NCBI GenBank assembly: GCA_030324005.1
Contig: JARDVH010000157.1
Coordinates: forward strand, 12,065,407 to 12,129,406
DNA from: Negaprion brevirostris
Lineage: Eukaryota
Direction of reading: 5' to 3'
Length of the DNA: 64,000 bases
The notes below the pieces were generated by a model, which was given only the letters and a program-made list of their open reading frames with translations, was not told the DNA's origin and searched no databases. Below, piece after piece: positions 11,256 to 23,302 of this stretch. A program made the translations under genes and the position numbers. Every line of letters begins with the position of its first letter. The first letter of the stretch is position 1.

Positions 11256-14063
11256 CTCTGAGCCTTAATTACTGTCTCTGTGGTCAGCATATAGTGTTGC
11301 TTCACCTCAACCTTTCTAGTGAAGTAGTCCATCACTATAAGGAATTATTTAGGGTTGAAGGTGAGCATCTGCCTTAGCCTGGTAAGGAATTGTATAGGGA
11401 TGAGAGGTTCTCTTTAGCCCTGCCTAATGCGCACATCTGGTAATTTGCAATGGTGTCTTCAACTGGTTGGAAATACTTGGCTGCAGGCATTCTATTGTGC
11501 CCATGCTCTGCACTTGGTGATGCCCAGATGGCTCTGGTGTATTTTCTGAAGGATTTCTGGATACAAGGAGACTGAATCACCAGTCACTCATCGTAGACCA
11601 ATAAGTCATCTATAATCATAAGAGTGTTTCTGTTGTTCAAAACAGGTTTTCATGGTGTCTCCATTTGGTCACAGCTCAGGCTATCTATGTTGGCAGTATT
11701 TGCAGATGTGAACACACTGCTCACTGTGTATTTGTCCTTGATGGATCTGTTGGTGTTTGCTTATGGTTGCTGGCAGGTGTCTCTTTGTCTCTTGGGACTT
11801 CTAGTTGTTCGATGAGATTGACATTCTTTTTGTTGGGAAGTCCATTGTGGCCCTTGAAAATGTGTTTTGTTTTTAACCTGGAATGTATGCCATCTTGTAG
11901 GTGAATCTCATGAGGTGCAGGCAAATCCTTTGGATTCTTGGCGGCATCTTCTCTTGCTCCTTTGCATCCAATAGGAGACTAGTGACTTGTGAAGTAACAC
12001 TGAGGCCGATGGTATAGTCTGAAACCTTGTTGCGTTTCCATGTACTGAAAGACTTTCTTTCCTATGATGGCATAACTCGTCTCCATGTCCAACAGCCCTC
12101 TGGATGAATAGCGCACAGGTCGGCAACTTCTATGCAGTTGTTCCAGGAAAAGGACCACTGCCAAGCCTGTGGACAAAGCATCGGCTGCTTTGTGGTGAGT
12201 ACCATAGCTAGGTCATAGTGGACCAGAATGTCTATGAAAAGTAGCATCACCTTTAAGTGAGTGAAAGTTTGCCCTTGATATGAGTCCTAACACCAAGCTT
12301 AGTCTTTTTTAAGCAGATGCCTCAAAGGTTCTGAGATCTGTGCCAAATTTGGTAAAATTTTGCCAGCTGGTTCACTGATCCCCAGAATCGTTGGAGTTCT
12401 GGACAAATGTTAGAAACTTGCCTTCACCTTGAAAATCTCATGTTTGTCATTCAGTGTCAGCCCTGCTTCTTGCTCTTAAGTCTGCTGTGTCTCTTGCCAT
12501 GTTCGTCTACTGTTGCACTGTGAACCAATACATTGTCCATATGGCAAATTAAGGTGCTGCAAGATGATCATTAACTGAAATGTCAGTATTCTAAAATGAA
12601 AAATGAAGATCTTTGACCTCACACAGGAAGCATGGCTGTGTGTCTTCTAGTTTTGACCTTGTGTATNNNNNNNNNNNNNNNNNNNNNNNNNNNNNNNNNN
12701 NNTGAGCAGCTTGGCATGGTGTCCACTCTTGTTACATTGAAAGCATTGGGTTAAAATTGCAGGACCTTAATCTCACCTGTGGGGAGTGCTCTACTGGATT
12801 GACATGGTCCCTCCACTGGCTGGTTTGGATATTGCTTTCTCTGTTTTGGAGGATCCCACATCCTTGTTGCTTCAGTAGCTGAATTGTGGGTTGGCATCTG
12901 CACCCAGTTTATTTTCTTCCCTTAAAATGATTCTGTACTGCTTACAGAGGTGTGACTGTCTAACTATCTGGATTGTTATTTTCAGAGTTAGATTTTCTTC
13001 TACTTGCATGAGTTCATTAACGTATCAACTGCATTTCCTACAATTCCATATTCGCAACCTTCTGCCATCTTCGACAGATCATTGATGAATGCATCAAAGG
13101 TTCTCCAGGCTGCTGGACTCTCTTAATTTAAGCTCTTTTGAGTATTTTATTGCTTCTTAATTTAAAATAAATGTTGAATTATTTTCATATCTCTTCAAAT
13201 TTTGAGGATGATTCATTAATTCCCTCTCTTGAAATAATGTCCACAACTGGGTCCAGCGAGTAAAGCAGCATGTTGACCTGCTCTTCCTCTGACATTTTAT
13301 TTAAACCTGAAGCGATGCTATAGCTTAAGAAGTTTTTCTTCAAAAGTTCCCAGTTTCATGATTAATCTGGGCCGTGGATTAGTCCATATTGATTTGGAAA
13401 TGTGGAATTCTGATATGTAGTTAAATTTTGTAAAAATGTTGGATCTGCTTTAAGAGCTTTTTGAATTTCAAGATATCATTGCCATTCATTTGAAGACATT
13501 GGTGTTTCCCACACTTGTCATTTTTAGCAGGCTCTTCAACAATAGCAGTGGCACTCAGCTGGAATGTTTTTTTTAATGGCTGCTTGGATCAGCTGCCTTC
13601 AGCCTTCCCTTGTTCAGTGTTTTATTTTGGTGATTTGCAAGTCCATCGAATTTTTGCTTCTGCTTGCCTTTTGCTAAATTGACAGCCATGATGTAGTTAA
13701 AATATTTAATAAACACTTTTTTTATGTTTCTGATGAGTTCAGATGCCACGTTTTCAGGCTTCAACTCAAGGATTGGTTTTTAGCAATGGGTTTTTCTCAA
13801 ACTGCCCTTCTGACTGAATTATTTTAAAGGTTTCTTAGGACTTGCTGCAACCTGGAACTTTAAAATATTTAGCACACCCTTGCAAGTTCTGCCAATCCTG
13901 CACTTTGAAGCTGGACTTCTAAAGGAGATTCAATGAAGTCTTCTCATCTGCTGCAGTAAGGGCTTTTAAATATCTGCCTTCAGCTTTTAAGCTTTTGTTT
14001 GGAACTATTTCCAGGCAATTTTAGTGAGTTTATGAATTTTTGTCCCTCTGCTTCCCCATATTC

Positions 14064-14325
14064 TGATGTGTTAGTTATAGTTCAGTAGGTCTGAAGAATT
14101 CTTCGTAGTCATACATAGGTTAATGAGAAGTCTTTATTGATTCTTTGCCCTATTTACAAATATACAGTTAAGGGTACAAGCTAGGGGCTATCTCCATGCG
14201 TGCTGGTACACATGGCTTTGTCCATCGGATCCTGGGTGTGGGGCACGTGTTCTCTTATGTCATGGCATTGGTGGTACTGTACTCTGTCCCAATTTGCTTT
14301 TTTTGTGCCAGACCCTTATACTACA
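14064..14325 (-). repeat. 5' LTR of the Gypsy element
   Basis: Diverged direct repeat of 10044-10312 ending in CA and followed by tatat. Confidence 0.85.
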
Positions 14326-14330
14326 TATAT

Positions 14331-14630
14331 GTGTGAGAAAGGTTCTGCTCAGAGAAGCCAAAATTGAGAAGGCCTTCAGGAAAGCAGCACAGAGTGAAAA
14401 GTTTCAATTGTATTTGTACTAATGAACTTGCTAATAATTAGGATGAAAAATGCTCTTCCACATCTATTTGTGTAATTTGTACACCAAAGACAGGCCAATT
14501 CATGCAGGGGTATCTGATCCAAGTCCAAAGATAGTAGGGGTACTATAGTTAACCATGCCAGCCTTTGGAAATTAAAAGAAGCCAACAGTGTCTCCTCATC
14601 CTTGACTTCTTGCAGGAAAAAAGTTATGTG
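14331..14630 (+). repeat. Copy 1 of a ~300-bp local direct duplication
   Basis: Colinear with 15204-15505, at roughly 80% identity by eye. Confidence 0.9.
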
Positions 14631-15203
14631 TGAACAGTCATGGCCAGAAGTAGCTTCAGCTGCCATTATACCCTGTCTTCTGGTTGCCCCAACACAAACC
14701 CATTGTAAAACCTTCTGGTAGTGAAGAACTATCACTTAGTGAGATAATGGTGAGCGCAGGTTAATATCTTCAGAACAAGGAAAGGAAAATGTGAAGATGA
14801 GATTGGAATGAATAGAGGATGACTAGGGAACAGCAGAGTGTCTCCTCAGTAGCCCTGTCGGTTCAATTCCAACACCAATAAATTGGATCAGTTGGAAAAA
14901 TGTCTGTATGAATATTGATCTTTTATCCTTTTTTCCTATGCACAAATCATTTTACTAAGATTATAGTGCAATCTAAAGTCTTCATGTATAAGGACAACAA
15001 GGTAGAGGAGCATGATACCTATGAATTTCTAATAGGCTCTGGTGACAAACAAATTACTACACTTCTGGCATATACTTGGAAAAATTTACATTATTTTGCA
15101 TATTTCACACGCTGATTGACTTATTGTGTATTTCAAGTATTTTCAGCACGTCCTTTTTTTTCTCTCTTGCCAAGTGTCTTCCAATTTTTCTACTGTTTCT
15201 TCA

Positions 15204-15505
15204 GTGTGAGAAAGATTCTGCTCAGGGAAACCAAAATTGAGAAGGCTTTTCAGGAAAGCAGTACAGACTGAAAAAGTTTCAATTGTGTTTGTATTAATGA
15301 ACTTGCTAATAACGAGAATGAAAAATGCTCTTCCTTATGTGTTTATATAATTTGCACACCAAAATCAGGCCAATTCATGCAGGGGCAACTGATCCAAGTC
15401 CAATGATAGTAGGGGCACTACAGCTAACCTCATTGGCCTTTTGAAATGAAAAGGGGCTAGCAGCATCTCTTCATTCTTGACTTCTTGCAAGAAGAAAATA
15501 TATTT
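15204..15505 (+). repeat. Copy 2 of the ~300-bp local duplication
   Basis: Begins gtgtgagaaagattctgctcag, versus gtgtgagaaaggttctgctcag at 14331. Confidence 0.9.
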
Positions 15506-15577
15506 GAAGAAATTCTGTGATTAGCCATAGTGCCTCTACTATCTTTGGACTTGGATCAGATGCCCCTGCATGAATTG

Positions 15578-16099
15578 ATCATAGAACATAAATCATAGAA
15601 TCCCTACAGTGCAGCAGGAGGCCATTTGGCCCATCAAGTCTGCACCGACCACAATTCCACCNNNNNNNNNNNNNNNNNNNNNNNNNNNNNNNNNNNNNNN
15701 NNNNNNNNNNNNNNNNNNNNNNNNNNNNNNNNNNNNNNNNNNNNNNNNNNNNNNNNNNNNNAAGTCTGCACCGACCACAATTCCACCCAGGCCCTATTCC
15801 CATAACCCCACGTATTACCCTGCTAGTCCCCCTGACATGAGGGTCACTTTAGCATGGCCAATCAACCTAACTCGCATATCTTTGGAATGTGGGAGGAATC
15901 CCACTCAGACATGGAGAGAATGTGCAAACTCTGCAGGCTTGGAGGGCCGTAAGGCCTGTCCTGTGTTGTAATTTTCTTTGTTCTTTCGACACAGATAATG
16001 ACCCGAGGCCAGAATTGAACCCGGGTCCCTAGCGCTATGAGGCAGCAGTACTTGGTGCTGTGAGGCAGCAGTGCTAACCACTGTGCCATCATGCTGCCC
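15578..16099 (-). mobile_element. HE1-like SINE containing a gap and a small CR1-tail insert at ~15932-15985
   Basis: Minus-strand head gggcagcatgatggcacagtggttagcactgctgcctcacagc, box B gggttcaattc and tail gattctatga. Confidence 0.9.
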
Positions 16100-16410
16100 T
16101 TGCCCTGATTTTGGTGTTCAAATTATACAAATACAATGTTGCTGCTTTTCTAAGGTACTATTCTTTGGGCTGTTGCTGATAACCCACTAAAGTACCTACT
16201 ATTCAGTTCCAACTCTCTGTATGTGTCAGCCTTGGAGTTGTATGTTGCCAGTATGTTAACTGGAGCCCAGTGCCATTCAGGATTTATATACATGCACTTT
16301 CCAACAATGTACTGTTGGATTTTCCCTTTCTTAACAAAATAGGTGCTGGAGTCAATTGCACAACTCAGCTCAGATCAACTGACAAAAGACAGCCTATGTA
16401 TTGAAACTAA

Positions 16411-16795
16411 AGGGGACAATCTTACCGGCTCGTCACGTCAGTCAATTGGTGTAATGAGCNNNNNNNNNNNNNNNNNNNNNNNNNNNNNNNNNNNNNNNNN
16501 NNNNNNNNNNNNNNNNNNNNNNNNNNNNNNNNNNNNNNNNNNNNNNNNNNNNNNNNNNNGTCACGTCAGTCAATTGGAGTAATGAGCCGGTAAGATCACA
16601 TGAGAGGTAGAAAACCGAGTTTGCACTCAATTATTCACCACCTGCAATATTACCAACTCTGTTTTGCTGGCGTACTCTTAGACACAGTGTACTGGGAGAT
16701 CAGAGCATTTGCACAATAGCACCCTGTAGCTGTTTGCAGCCAGCTTCCTAGCATGAATAGACTCTGTCCACTCCCCCTACTGGTGAGAATCACAC
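16411..16795. mobile_element. Non-autonomous MITE-like element with a subterminal hairpin
   Basis: Has the inverted repeat atcttaccggctc / gagccggtaagat and a similar left end to 37615. Confidence 0.5.
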
Positions 16796-17335
16796 TTTGC
16801 CTCATTTATTTTCTAAAATAATATCTGAGAGCTTACTTAACAATTGGGTGTGGTGCTTTCCTATATTCATGTTCACTTAGTACTTAGAATGTTTTTGGTA
16901 TGATTTCCCCCAAAGTGTTCTACTCTTTACTGTTAGCAACATGCCAACTCATCAGCAGTGCATTTCACTGATCTATTTTTTGTTTAATATTTGTAAACAG
17001 CCTTCCAGTTCCCTCAGTTTTTATATCACTTTTCTCCCTCTCTTTCCCTTCTTTCATTCTTTTTCCTTTGTTGCACATTGTCACCTCCCTCACTTTCTCT
17101 CCCACTGTCTCTCCCTCTGCCTCTGTCTGGCCTTCTAGATTTGATAGCCTGTATGCCTCCCTTAATTAGACAGGGAATATGTCTCCTTTCCAGTTAAGTG
17201 GTGCCTTGGTCAAAATTCCACCTCAAAAGTGAAAATGCAGCGCTCTGTCTCTTACACTCTCCTCACATTCTCTCGCTCTCCTATTTGTATAAGGTCTTCA
17301 CATGACCCCTCTGTCTCCCTTTCTCACTCTTTGGC

Positions 17336-17338
<3 letters not shown>

Positions 17339-17373
<35 letters not shown>

Positions 17374-17388
17374 ACACACACACACACT
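17339..17388 (+). repeat. (CA)n microsatellite
   Basis: About 24 AC units with one CT interruption. Confidence 0.98.
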
Positions 17389-17399
17389 CTGAAAGCACC

Positions 17400-17900
17400 A
17401 TCTAAAGTCTGTAATGTGGTATCGTGAGGCCTCATTGTTTTGCATATCTCATGCCCTCCCCTAACGAGTACCATCACCGCTGCCTTCTGCTGCCCGTTGT
17501 TTTAAGTATTTAGACTGATGAGCCCAATTCCGCACAGGGGTCTATTGCTGCAGTGATTAATGCAGGGATGGAACAATGTTAGCACGAGGGCTGCACCTGG
17601 CTGTCAGTGCAGCGTCAGCTACAGCTCGATCAGCCAATAATTGATGATTCCTGCCTGTAATTTGCAAGTCAAATATAAAAAGAGGGCTAACTGGTGTGTG
17701 GATTAGACTGCGTTTTATTTATTTATTAAGAATCCCCGCTTTGTAAAACAAATGACGATCCACAGCAGAGACATCATCGCTGAGACTCGATAAATATTTT
17801 ATCAGGCATAATGGAAATTGTCAAATCAATCTAATTGTACAATATGTTATCAAAATATTGGATGTACAGGTTTTGGCCCAGACCTTGTCATTTCTGTTCT
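17400..17900. promoter_or_regulatory. Candidate conserved non-coding element/enhancer
   Basis: Repeat-free, retains CpGs, and is dense in TAAT, TGATTAAT, AACAAT and TGTCA motifs. Confidence 0.45.
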
Positions 17901-19260
17901 GCTTGAAGTCTGTGTTGTGTCTAAATGTGGATCAGAGAGCTGGAAAAATATCCAAATTCTTTTGCTTGTGCTAACTGTGATTTCTTAATCGTGTTTTTAA
18001 TCAAGTTTTTTTTTAAGTTTTCAATCCTTTATATTTCTTCCTTCCAGTGCTGGTCTTGAGATAATCTTGTTGCAAATGTGGATGTCGAGGTTGGTGGCTT
18101 TGTGTCTGACTTTCTCTGGCCTAGTTCTTTGAAAGTGTCTTCAAGACAAAGAATTAATTTTTTTTCAATGATCAGCAGAACTCTGGATGTCATAGCTCTG
18201 GTAGATAAACTAATTGGGAATAAGTATCTTACGTATTTCCTTTTTAATTATCTCATTTCTCTGCCTGGCCTAAGCCAACAGTAACTATCTCCAGCAACCT
18301 AGTGTAGTTATCTAGCAATTGTCCAGTCACATATTCCCAGTTTCTCAGTACTTGCCACATGCTTAGTCTCGTGACTGGAGATGACCTGAAATCAGGCAGA
18401 TGCTGAAAGTCATAATTGTATCCAATTCATCCCATTTATAATTATGGGACGTGTTTATCCATCAGGCCTTAGTTCAGCTGTCTAGCAGCCACTGAATGAT
18501 GCAATCCCCTTGAGATGAATGATCAGAGCATGATGGAGCTATAATGATCTCAAATGAGCATCTACGAACTCACTGGGAAATAGGATTACCAATTTTGTCT
18601 CCTGTTGGAGTTATTAGCTATTAAAGAAATTGATGAGCACCATATTGGTTGATAAGTATATGAATAAACCAGTGACATAATTAAAGGCACATTTGAAGCT
18701 CTGCTGTCTTTCAAAGTGACTTGAAGGCATTTGACACTGAAACTAACAACATGCTGTGTATCAGTTATACTCCATACTGTAAGCAGGCCCAGGTTCTTCA
18801 ACATAGTAACAGGCCAATAGTTTGGGCAGAATGTAGCCGGTCACCCATCCACCCTATGCTTTCAAACCTCCCATCAGGGGTCCATTCTATGATTTTGGTA
18901 CCTTGAATCCTATTTGCCAACATGAATTCATCCAGCCTTTTTTTAAAACTAACCGTGGTTTCTAATCCCATATGCAAGCTGGTAATCTAGTCTATCATTC
19001 TTTCATTCTGCTATCATGAAACACAAAGGCTGAGCCTGCAATTCTGCCATCAGGAGCCATATGGAAACATTCAATCCCTCAAGCCTACTCTGCCATTCAA
19101 TTGGATCATTGCTGATCTGCAACTCAACTGTATTTATCCATCTTTTCTCCATGTCTTTCAATACTCTGACCAAACAAAAGTCATCAGTATAACGGAGATG
19201 ATTTCAGTATTGTGAAAGTATGGTGGTGTCCTATTCCATTGGTCTCTGCAATCCTCAGTT

Positions 19261-19506
19261 TAAGAGTTTTTATAAATATATAAAAAGGAAGAGGCTGGCT
19301 AGGGTGAACGTTGGACCCTTAGAGGATGAGAGGGGGGNNNNNNNNNNNNNNNNNNNNNNNNNNNNNNNNNNNNNNNNNNNNNNNNNNNNNNNNNNNNNNN
19401 NNNNNNNNNNNNNNNNNNNNNNNNNNNNNNNNNNNNNGGCGGGGCAGGCTTGAAGGGCTAGATGGCCTACTCCTGCTCCTATTTCTTATGTTCTTATGTT
19501 CTTATG
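19261..19506 (+). mobile_element. Young CR1 copy largely collapsed in a gap
   Basis: KSFYKYIKRKRLARVNVGPLEDERG precedes the gap, and a CR1 tail with (ttcttatg)3 follows it. Confidence 0.85.
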
Positions 19507-19819
19507 TAAACATTGAGCCCAGCACAGCTATGGGAAGATTGCTTCATCCTGTCCACCCTAAGTAGAAGCTGAAGAGCAACATTCAAGGTGCCGCTCCCAA
19601 CACAAGTGAAGTGTCAACACACGTAGAAAAGTGAATGCATGAATATGATGAGATGCTATGGCAGACATTTGTCATTAATATTCAGGGTCATGCTTTTAGT
19701 TCACACCAATCTTTTGTGGTTTTTTTCCAGTTTGTCCCTATCATTTCATGCTTGTGTATGATTCTGTAAGCACATAGCTTTTACACTTTGTACAAGCAAA
19801 CGTTCTGCACTTTGAGAGA

Positions 19820-20060
19820 AGTGTGCAGTAACCATCAGTCAGTTGTATGTAGAATAATTTGCAGTCTGAACATCTGTACGTGTAGAATAGCTCAATGTGT
19901 GTACATATGGGATAACTCAGAAACTGTATGTGGAGATCTGTAGTATAGCTAGCAGTATGGACTTGTGTACTTGTGGGATAATGTGTAGGATAACTTGTGT
20001 ATGTGTAGGATAACTTGCAGTCTGGATGTTTGAATGCGCAAGTACTCTCCAAAGTGTACT
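19820..20060 (+). repeat. Degenerate minisatellite
   Basis: Recurrent (g)tgtagRata(act)tgcagtctg motifs, including an exact repeat of atgtgtaggataacttg. Confidence 0.6.
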
Positions 20061-20082
20061 GCACAAGATAGCTGATGTGCAG

Positions 20083-21005
20083 TAATGACACAAAGCTGAG
20101 TGGGAGGATGAACTGTGAGGAGTGATTTTGACAAGTTGACTGAATGGGCAAATGATTGACAGATGCAGTATAATTTAGATAACTGTGAGGTTATCCACTT
20201 TAGTAGCAAAAACAGGAAGGCAGATTACTCTCTGAATGGCCTTAAATTAGGAGAGGGGAATGTGCAAGAAGACCTGGATATCCTCAGATGCCAGTCCATT
20301 GGAGGTAAGCATGCAGATGTAACAGGCAGTAAAAAAGGCAAATGGTATATTGGCCTTTACAGCGAGAGGATTCGAGTGCAGTAACAGGGATGTAATTATT
20401 CTGATGCAATTATTCTGGGCCTTGATAAGGCCTAGAATATTGTTGGCAGTTTTGGTCTCCTTATCTGAGGAAGGATGTTCTTGTTCTGGATGGAGTGCAG
20501 AGAAGATTTACCAGGTGGCAAGACGGCAGGACTGAAGTATGAGGCGAAATGAAATCGGTAACGATCGTATTCGCTGCAGTTCAGAAGGATGAGAGGGGAT
20601 TTCAGAGGAACCTATAAAATTCTAACAGGACTAGACAGGGTAGATGCAAGAAGGATGTTTCCCATGATGAGTGTGTCCAGAAACAGGGGTCACACTCTGA
20701 GGATACAAGGTAGACTACTTAGGACAGAGATGAGAAGAAATTTCTTCAGCCAGTGAGTGGTCAGGCTATGGAATTCGCTACCACAGAAAGCAGTTGAGGC
20801 CAAAACAGTGACTGTTTTCAAAAAGCAGTTTGATATAGCACTTGAGAAAAAGGGGGATCAAAGGATATGGGGGGGAAGGTGGGATTAGGCTATTTAGTTG
20901 GATGATTGGCCACAATCATAATGAATGGGGGAACAGGCTTGAAGGGCCAAATGGCCTCCTCCTGCTCCTATCTTCTGTATTTCTACGTTTATATGTTCCT
21001 ATGAA
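20083..21005 (+). mobile_element. CR1 3' ~0.9 kb (ORF2 C-terminus and 3' UTR)
   Basis: Contains DDTKLS, MQYNLDNCEVIHF, YKILTGLDRVDA, NFFSQ.VV.LWNSLP and the tail gaagggccaaatggcctcctcctgctcct. Confidence 0.92.
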
Positions 21006-21069
21006 TCATAGAATTTTAAGGGTAGAAGGAAGCAATATGGCCCATTGAATCTGCACTGATTCTCTGACA

Positions 21070-21327
21070 AGCCTCCTACTGACAAGGGAGCAAGCTACCC
21101 TAGATCTGGTCCAGTGTAATGAGACGGGAATAATTAATGAACTTGCAGTTGGGGATCCTCTTGGAAGAAGTGATCACAATATGGTTGAATTTAAAATACC
21201 GATGGGACATGAGAAGGTTAAAATCTAATACCAGTGTCTTGTGCTTAAACAAAGGAGATTATAAAGGGATGAGGGAGGAGTTGGCTAAGGTAGACTGGGA
21301 GCAAAAACTTTATGGTGGGACAATTGA
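21070..21327 (+). mobile_element. CR1 endonuclease-tether fragment
   Basis: LGRSDHNMVEF and LNKGDYKGMREELAKVDWE. Confidence 0.85.
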
Positions 21328-22654
21328 NNNNNNNNNNNNNNNNNNNNNNNNNNNNNNNNNNNNNNNNNNNNNNNNNNNNNNNNNNNNNNNNNNNNNNNNN
21401 NNNNNNNNNNNNNNNNNNNNNNNNNNNCACATCTTGTGTTATCTCAATGTCTTCGTAAAACTGTTAGGAATAGTTAGGTAGGTGAGTAATAATCTTATTA
21501 TAGTTTACCTTTTCCTTTGTAACATGGCTATTGATGGGACGTCATGCTTCAAAAAATATGCATTTTGAGACAGCTATGTATTAAATATGAGTATTACTAT
21601 AGGCAAATTCCAATTCTTGCTTGTTTTTAGAGGTTAAGAATATCTCTGGCTCAATGGTCTGGGCTTGAAAAAGTCATGTTAATGGAATTGAAGGGCAATT
21701 AAGGATGTAAAGAGATGTCTTTTTTTCTGGAGCTACCATAATTAGTGGTTGTCTGTGAGGCTCATGCAGTCTTTACCTTCGTAACTCACAAAACATCGTT
21801 GTAGTGTCAACACATGTTTAAAAACAAGCAGGAACTCTGTCCGCGTCCTCTCTCCACTCAATGAATTTCTTACTCAGTTAGGAAACCAGTTCAGGAGAGA
21901 AAAACAATGAGGAGTGTTCATTCTGAAAATGAAGAGTCAGATGTCTCCTTTCAATCCCCAGGTATTGTTAATGTACATTCTATCCATTGCAAGTTGCAGT
22001 TAAGGGAAAGTTATTTAAGTGTATAAAGGAGAAAAACCTGGGACTGGATGAGATGAAGCAAGTTGTGAAGTGACTGTGAAGCAAAAATATTGGTATAGAC
22101 CTGTTGGGTCGGATGGCCTATTCCTGTGCTGTAAGGTTTTGTGTGTGACCCTTTGGTTCCGAATTATAGGTACTGTTATACCTGGGGCTTTGTGCAGGTA
22201 TGTACCAGTGCCATGCTTTTATTCATGGGTAGAGGAGTCAGTTGCCTTATGTACACTGAGTTCTGCTCAATTACTGTTCTTTTGCACACAGAGAGCACGC
22301 TGTTTGAGCTCCTTGCCACTGAGTAACTAAGGCCAGATGTTCAACCATGATGACACACACCATGAGAGTTCTAGAATGCTTTGTTACATTCTGGAATGAA
22401 GCCATAGGATGAAGGAATGATAAACAAATGCACAGTTGCAAATGAGTTTGCATGGGCTTAAAAATCACGATTGGCACGATTGGTGTTGATATGACATTTA
22501 TCTATCTGTTTTAATACAGGTTTTTTATTTTAAATGAAGTAACAACTCTGCTAAAATAGCAGATAAATGAGTGTCATACGAACATACTGTGCATTAAGAT
22601 CACCAATGATAATTTATAGGCTACGCTATAAAACTGTCTGCCAGTGCTGTACAA

Positions 22655-23025
22655 AGGCATGTTAAGAGATTGGCTGAGTGGCAGGAGACAGAGGAGGGAT
22701 AATGGGCAGGTTATTCTAATTTGGCAGAGCGTGACTATAGGTATTCCACAGGGATCTGTGTTGGGGCCTCAATTATACACTGTATTTATTAGCGACATAG
22801 AAGACCAGATAGAAAACCACATATCCAAGTTTGTCACTGACACAAAGATAGGTGACATTGTTAGCAGTGTAATTGTTAGCATAAAATTAAAGCAGTATTA
22901 ATAGAATAATTAAAGTGGAAAACAACGGTAAATGGATTTTAATTCAAGGCAAGTATGAAATCATCCACTTTGGATCTTAAAGGTTTAGATCAGAATATTT
23001 TTTAAATGGTGTAAGGTGATAAGCA
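22655..23025 (+). mobile_element. CR1 RT fragment
   Basis: WLSGRRQR...GIPQGSVLGPQLYTVFISDI...SKFVTDTKIG. Confidence 0.9.
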
Positions 23026-23034
23026 GTAAAGAAA

Positions 23035-23300
23035 GGAAGAAAAACTTGCACTTATTTCGTCCTTTTCACAATTACCAGACTTCTCAAAGCACTTTGCAAC
23101 CAATTAAGTACTTTTTGAAATGTCGCTATTGAAATGTAGGAAATGTAGAAACCAATTTGCACACAGAAAACTCTCACAAACAACAATTTGTTAATAACCA
23201 GAGAATAGGTTTCTTTGTGATGTTGATTTAAGGATAAATAATTGCCAGCTACCAAGGTGAACTGCCCTGCTCTTCTACAAAGTATAACAATGGGATTCAC
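23035..23300 (-). mobile_element. SacSINE1/DeuSINE-like SINE 3' half
   Basis: Reverse complement carries the tcaaaaagtacttaattggttgcaaagtgcttt...gtgaaaagg tail shared with the 36350, 43105 and 46820 copies. Confidence 0.75.
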
Positions 23301-23302
23301 AG

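Larger units (their letters stand above)
10044..14325 (-). mobile_element. Old, internally deleted Gypsy/Ty3 LTR retrotransposon with both LTRs
   Basis: TG...CA LTRs lie at 10044-10312 and 14064-14325, with a PPT (gggggaag on minus) at 10313-10320 and flanks tatac/tatat. Minus-strand remnants are gag EEEQVNMLLYS (~13260), RT LICHMDNVLVH (~12540), RNase H ETSYAIIGKK (~12070) and integrase EIVSDNSAQFS (~11110). The order RT-RH-INT is the Gypsy order. Confidence 0.88.

Noticed and set aside
15637-15787. Identical 25-mer on both sides of a 100-N gap
   Set aside because: Overlapping contig ends joined by a fixed-size gap, so an assembly artefact.
16015-16099. tRNA-like box A/B sequences, also at other SINE heads
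   Set aside because: These are SINE heads joined to V-domain and CR1 tails, not tRNA genes.
16431-16588. Near-identical 29-mer flanking a 100-N gap
   Set aside because: Same artefact. The single mismatch may be a heterozygous site or an error.
19741-20151. 136-aa Tyr/Thr/His-rich ORF
   Set aside because: It is a translation of a degenerate minisatellite plus antisense CR1.
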